Assembly: GCA_008632985.1 (NCBI GenBank)
Contig: QPGO01000094.1
Span: 44,721-108,720 of the forward strand
Reading direction: 5' to 3'
Length of the DNA: 64,000 nucleotides
Source of the DNA: Psammoneis japonica
Taxonomy: Eukaryota
The notes under the pieces were generated by a model. The model saw only the letters and a list, made by a program, of their open reading frames with translations. It did not search any database and was not told the DNA's origin. Positions 59,097-64,000 of the stretch are shown piece after piece. The stretch's first letter is position 1; every line of letters begins with the position of its first letter. The position numbers were made by a program, and so were the translations under genes.

Positions 59097-59676
59097 CGTA
59101 GCCGTAGGACATAAATAATCCTACGTGAACTTTTCGTTCGACGAACATTGAGAATATTATTTGAGAGACATTGAATCTTTTTCACGTAGCTCTAGTACAT
59201 AATCCTACGTGAATTTTTCGTCCTACGGGCGAGCGGCTCAACATTGAACAAATTTGACGGACATTGAATCTTTTTTGCGTAGCCGTAGTACATAATCCTA
59301 CGTGAACTTTTCGTTCGACGAACATTGAGAATATTATTTGAGAGACATTGAATCTTTTTCACGTAGCTCTAGTACATAATCCTACGTGAATTTTTCGTCC
59401 TACGGGCGAGCGGCTCAACATTGAACAAATTTGACGGACATTGAATCTTTTTTGCGTAGCCGTAGTACATAATCCTACGTGAACTTTTCGTTCGACGAAC
59501 ATTGAGAATATTTGAGAGACATTGAATCTTTTTCACGTAGCTCTAGTACATAATCCTACGTGAATTTTTCGTCCTACGGGGAATTAACACGAGCGGCTCA
59601 ACATTGAACAAATTTGACGGACATTGAATCTTTTTTGCGTAGCCGTAGTACATAATCCTACGTGAACTTTTCGTTC
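59097..59676. repeat. Tandem array: ~3.2 copies of a 177-bp unit made of 84- and 93-bp subunits
   Basis: taatcctacgtgaacttttcg occurs at 59116, 59293, 59470 and 59653. The variant taatcctacgtgaatttttcg lies between them. Confidence 0.93.
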
Positions 59677-61849
59677 TGCGACGAAACACCAGTAATTCGG
59701 CGCAGATCGGAGCGAGACCAATGAGAGACAGTGGTCTGTGCCTCCCCCCTGCGCGAGTGGGGGGTTGTTTTCGCGATCTGCTTCTACAATCCGAGCGCAT
59801 CGTAGAAGCAGTACGCGAGTCTACGAGCACCGTCCGAGCCGCAGCAAGCTCATTTCTTTTCTTCATCAACGTTGTGCTGCACGTTGATGAGACGAGAGAG
59901 TGAGTTTTCGAGGGAAGCAACCTTCCTTCGCCCTGCCAATCGATTATCCCCAACCTTTCACCCACACCCGCACCCGTAATAAAAGGATCCAAACGATCTC
60001 GAACGATCTGACCGAAAAAAAGAAAGTCATTTTTCCCATTACTCCGAACCCTACAGTATGTACGAACCCCTTGACGTCAGCGAAGGCTTCTCGCTCTCTC
60101 TAAGTCTACAGTACATAGCTATGGTACTTCTATCTTCAATCTGTGTCAGCCCAAGATCCAGCCACGACGATGGCCAAAAAACTTGGCGTCGGCGCTGCCG
60201 CTGCTCTTGCAAATTTCAAAGCTTGTCTGACAAAATTCAAAAGACACTACTCTTACCAAGCTTGATGCCAAGTTACAGAACGGGTATTTCCTTTCGAACG
60301 AGTTGGTTCGACGTGTAGGCAACGAAATATCACTCATCGCTCCAGAATACCGCTGACTGGACACTCGATAGCGGGCAAAGCAATGATGGCGAGGCAGATC
60401 ACCCTGCTAAACCAAATGGTATGGTTTGTGAGAAATGCACACTGCTATAGTCGGACGAAGGAGCCTCTTCAGCATCACTGGAAACTGGAAAAGGAGATTG
60501 AAGTGCTTGAAAGCGGCACGAACAAGGTGGCGGCTGACGTAATGTTGTCGATTGAAATGACATCCACTGATTGATAATATGCCGTATCAGCAGTGCTAGG
60601 ATGCTTAGTACCAGAGCCCATCGCCACACCCTATCCGCCTGATTCACCACTCCCTCAAGGAATACATAAAACAGCGCATCACTACTGAGGCCGCCTTGGA
60701 AGAAAAACAGCAGAAGCTTTTCGATATGGAAAAGAATCCTCGATTCATGCCAAACAAACAGCTGTAACTCCTCTCTTGACATGTTGGAAAAAGATAGCCT
60801 CTCGTAGAACAGCCGCCTTGTTTCCAAAGCCGGTCAATGTACGTGAGGCACCCGGCCGGCTACACGGATCGAATCAAGTTTCTTATTCTGAAACGCTTTC
60901 GATGTCTTCATGGTGTCTATTCATAGACCTTCTGGAAACATTCTCAAGGACCCTCCTGACCACCTCAATGAGCACTTCGTTTTGTATGGAACGTTATAGA
61001 ATAAGTCGCTGGTGGATTTAGCGGAGAGGATTGTTGATTGGTGGAAGAAGGTCGGCTGGATTCGTGTCTTGCAAGCTACTGACAGGAACGAGCAAGACTT
61101 CTATCTTCCATCTGGGCGTCTTGTTGACATTTCATCTCCTCCGGGGCTTTTGTGCAACCCCATTTTCCTTCGATGTTCCGTGATGATTCGTGGCTTTGTT
61201 AAGCTCAACAATCTGTTTCGGTCTCTTTCATTTCCTGTACAGCATGTCACTCTCATATATTTTCGTTGGTGCAACCCATGAATGCGACGTTTACGAGTAC
61301 GCATACCCTCAAGAAGAAGTATTAAAAATATCTTTTCATGTCCTTAGCAGCAAGGAGGCATACGTTGAGCTCTCTTGATGTCTTTCGCAGCGCCGAGGTG
61401 TTCCTCGAGACTTGGGATTAGAGGGGTGGAAGTCACACCATGAGAAGACGTTTCAGGCAATGTCAAGTGCCTTCGTCACCCTCCGTTCGGCTGTTACAAT
61501 AGATACGACACTAATTTTTTGTTTAAAAACAAAAGCAAATAGATGTGGTACAGAGTAACCTGCCGTGTCTCAGGTTGTCACAAGAGCATGAATCGAATGC
61601 CACGTCTTGGGAATAACGTGAGTCACGCACACTAAGCTTCACCGTCTGACAAACAAGACACTAGTCTTGTCCGTCGGGGTATGTCCACAAATCCTTTCTC
61701 ATTCAGCATGGAGTTGGTGGAAGTGGAAGCATCATGTCTAAAGCCAGCCCCCCTGCAACAACGAAATCGCTTACATCCACTGTTGTGGTGGCATTCCGTC
61801 ACACTCTTTAATGCGCTTCCAAAATCTCTCTTCTAACAGTCTAGCATCT

Positions 61850-62790
61850 ACTTGTTTAGCTTTGCAATCCTCGCAGGACAAGTGTGCTTGGTGAACCCAA
61901 CCGCACCACATCTGCAACAATGTTTTGTGGTGTCAGAGCCCTCAGGAGTGAGACTCGACTCAGGTGAACTGGCTGCCAAGGCAGGCCAGTCTTCATTGCC
62001 AACAAGCTCGACATGGGTCTTGGCAATCCAGCCAACAATGCCAACAGGGCCCAAGTCTAAACAGTCCACATGGTTTGGTGCCTCAGCTGGGTCACAGAGA
62101 TGGCACTTGCATTCCATCTTCTTGACCTGGTGAAGATCTTGGATGCCGTCTTGGATGCTCAGTTAAAATGACACAGAGCCTGTGTCATCCGGCAGCATGC
62201 AGTCCATCTGCATGATCTTGACCAGACACAGAGTTTTGGTCACAAGCTTGGTGCAATTGTGGCCAGGGTGGGACTCAAGCAACAAAGCCTTGAGCTTGTT
62301 TTTGGCAGACTTAACTTCAACAAGAGCACTTTTGTCACAACCATCCAGGACCATCATCAACAACACTGACCCTGGAAGATCTTTGAAGTTCTTTGCATGG
62401 GTGAAGTTCACTTTCATCTTCTCGCAGAACACTTCTGTGATGCAAGTCTTGTCAAGCAGTTGTGAGAGACTGATGTCATCTGTCTCATGCTGCTTGTAGC
62501 CTTGGTCACCAGAAGCCTTGGAATGAGTCTTGTGTGCTCCTTCTCAGGGTCGCTGACAGCAATGGCATGAAGACAGACAAATGGGAACATGACCTTGCTG
62601 TTAGATTTCTTGAAATGGCAGAAGGTTTCCTGCCCATGTGACTCAATGAGGTCTTGGATGGTCTTGACAAAGTCTTCCTTGTCCAGTTTGGCACTTGGAC
62701 CATTGGATGGCTGGATTTGACCATTGAACTTTGAAGCAGTTGATGAGGTGACTTGTCCACAAAGGGTTGGCTCAATGGATCCAACCTGAC
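61850..62790 (-). mobile_element. Eroded gag fragment related to the Copia element at 37542-44815
   Basis: KFNGQIQPSNGPSAKLDKEDFVKTIQDLIESHGQETFCH, KDLPGSVLLMMVLD and DLGPVGIVGWIAKTHVELVGNEDWPALAA align to gag at 38210-39170. Confidence 0.9.
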
Positions 62791-64000
62791 TCTGCTGACA
62801 ACAAATGATCATCATCAGGACAATCCTTCCTCACATGCCCAACCTCATTGCATTTCCAGAATTTGATCTGCTTCTCCTTGTTCTGCACAAAACTTGCATC
62901 CTCAGGTTTCTTCTTGTTCATCCTGCAGGCATCCAACACCTGCAGTGCCTCCTTGCTCAAATTGGGACAAATGTCAAACCCCAGTGAAAACTGTTGATGC
63001 AGATCTTTCAAATGACATGCCAATGTTCCTTGGTGCCATCAGCATCACCGCTGACAACTTGTTCCTTTCTTCTTTGTTCTGGGTGCACCATCATCAGCAT
63101 CCTTGCCAAACCCATCTTCTTTCTTGTGATGAGTGGCCTTTGCACATTGTCAAACAATTGCATTGAATGCCTGTGCCTTCTGTGTCTTCTGTGTCACACT
63201 CTGTTTTGCATGGTGACCACATTGCTTGCCCCAGATTGCCTTGTCCTTCTCCAACGTGGTGTCTGCCAATGGATGCTCTGATGCTTTTGGCTTGCTCTCC
63301 TGCCTCAGAGACACCAATGTCTTCATCTCCACCAGCCCAAACATTCTTCCAAACACACTTGCTGATCTTCCTTGTGGCTTTTGTGCAGCCATCTGCCTGT
63401 CATCCCAACTTGGCAATGGTGTCATGCACCCAATCCTTTTTAAATCTTTTGTTCTTCTGCACTCAGCTGTGTCCTTGCCCATGTTTTCTGGGACTTGTGT
63501 TGGAGCATCACAGCTTGCCCACAGTCTTGTGCTCAGTCTCGCCAACCCCAACACAACCTTGCCTCACCCTCTTTCAGCAGATCTTTGGCAGCTCTTCTTC
63601 AACAGGAAGGCCCTCAAAAGATTGTTTCTCTGCCTTCATCCAGCCAGCTTGTTTGCCACAATCTTCCAAGAAAAGAAGTGCTTTTGGATTCCTGTCAACT
63701 TCCCAGCCTGCCTTCACCTTTGGATTCCTGATGCCTTCCCAGCCTTTAAATGTCACCACTCCTTTGGGTGTCATGCTGTGACTTTTTGGCTTCTGTGTTG
63801 GAGTTTTGTGGCTGGCTCACCAAGGAGTTCTTGGAAGTTGGTTGGGGATGCAGGGGGTCTGATGTCCATTGTGGCTTGTGACATCTGACAGGTCTGCAGA
63901 GGGCATTGGCAGGCAACATGCTTGGGTGCAGAGAGGCAAAGACATGGGTGCTTTCATTGTTTGGGATGAAGTGGATGGGGTTGGGGAGGTGGCAGACAAT
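62790..64000 (-). repeat. Eroded TE remnants, TpA- and CpG-depleted
   Basis: Degenerate zinc knuckle FWKCNEVGHVRKDCP at ~62820-62865. Same composition as 3330-13550. Confidence 0.65.

Noticed and set aside
59097..59676. CRISPR-like array
   Set aside because: Spacers alternate between two sequences rather than being unique, there are no cas genes, and the context is eukaryotic.
60100..61500. Possible degenerate gene
   Set aside because: Only short ORFs with no recognisable motif, so no call can be supported.

Overview
Eukaryotic, most likely diatom, genomic DNA. Support: short GT-AG introns, bipartite plastid-type presequences, and CoDi-like Copia elements. A gene-dense core (RPL32, amidophosphoribosyltransferase, SBF transporter, ATG4, TAF2-like, TRMT11, gamma-CA-like, CKS1, NELF-B-like/bromodomain protein, class IV aminotransferase and others) is flanked and interrupted by transposons. 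These are a Helitron-like PIF1 helicase (1-2640), a ~10 kb block of eroded TEs (3330-13550), a full-length Copia LTR element inserted into a Ulp1-like gene (37542-44815, with a 920-N gap), and eroded remnants at 61850-64000. The main signal is TE-restricted hypermutation of TpA to TpG or CpA (A->G on either strand), the reverse of fungal RIP. All 10 mismatches between the two 289-bp LTRs map to inferred TpA sites, while all 14 CpGs are unchanged. TE proteins have Tyr replaced by Cys/His, and neighbouring host genes are untouched. No gene in the window can be identified as the responsible enzyme. All counts were made by eye, and no database searches were run.
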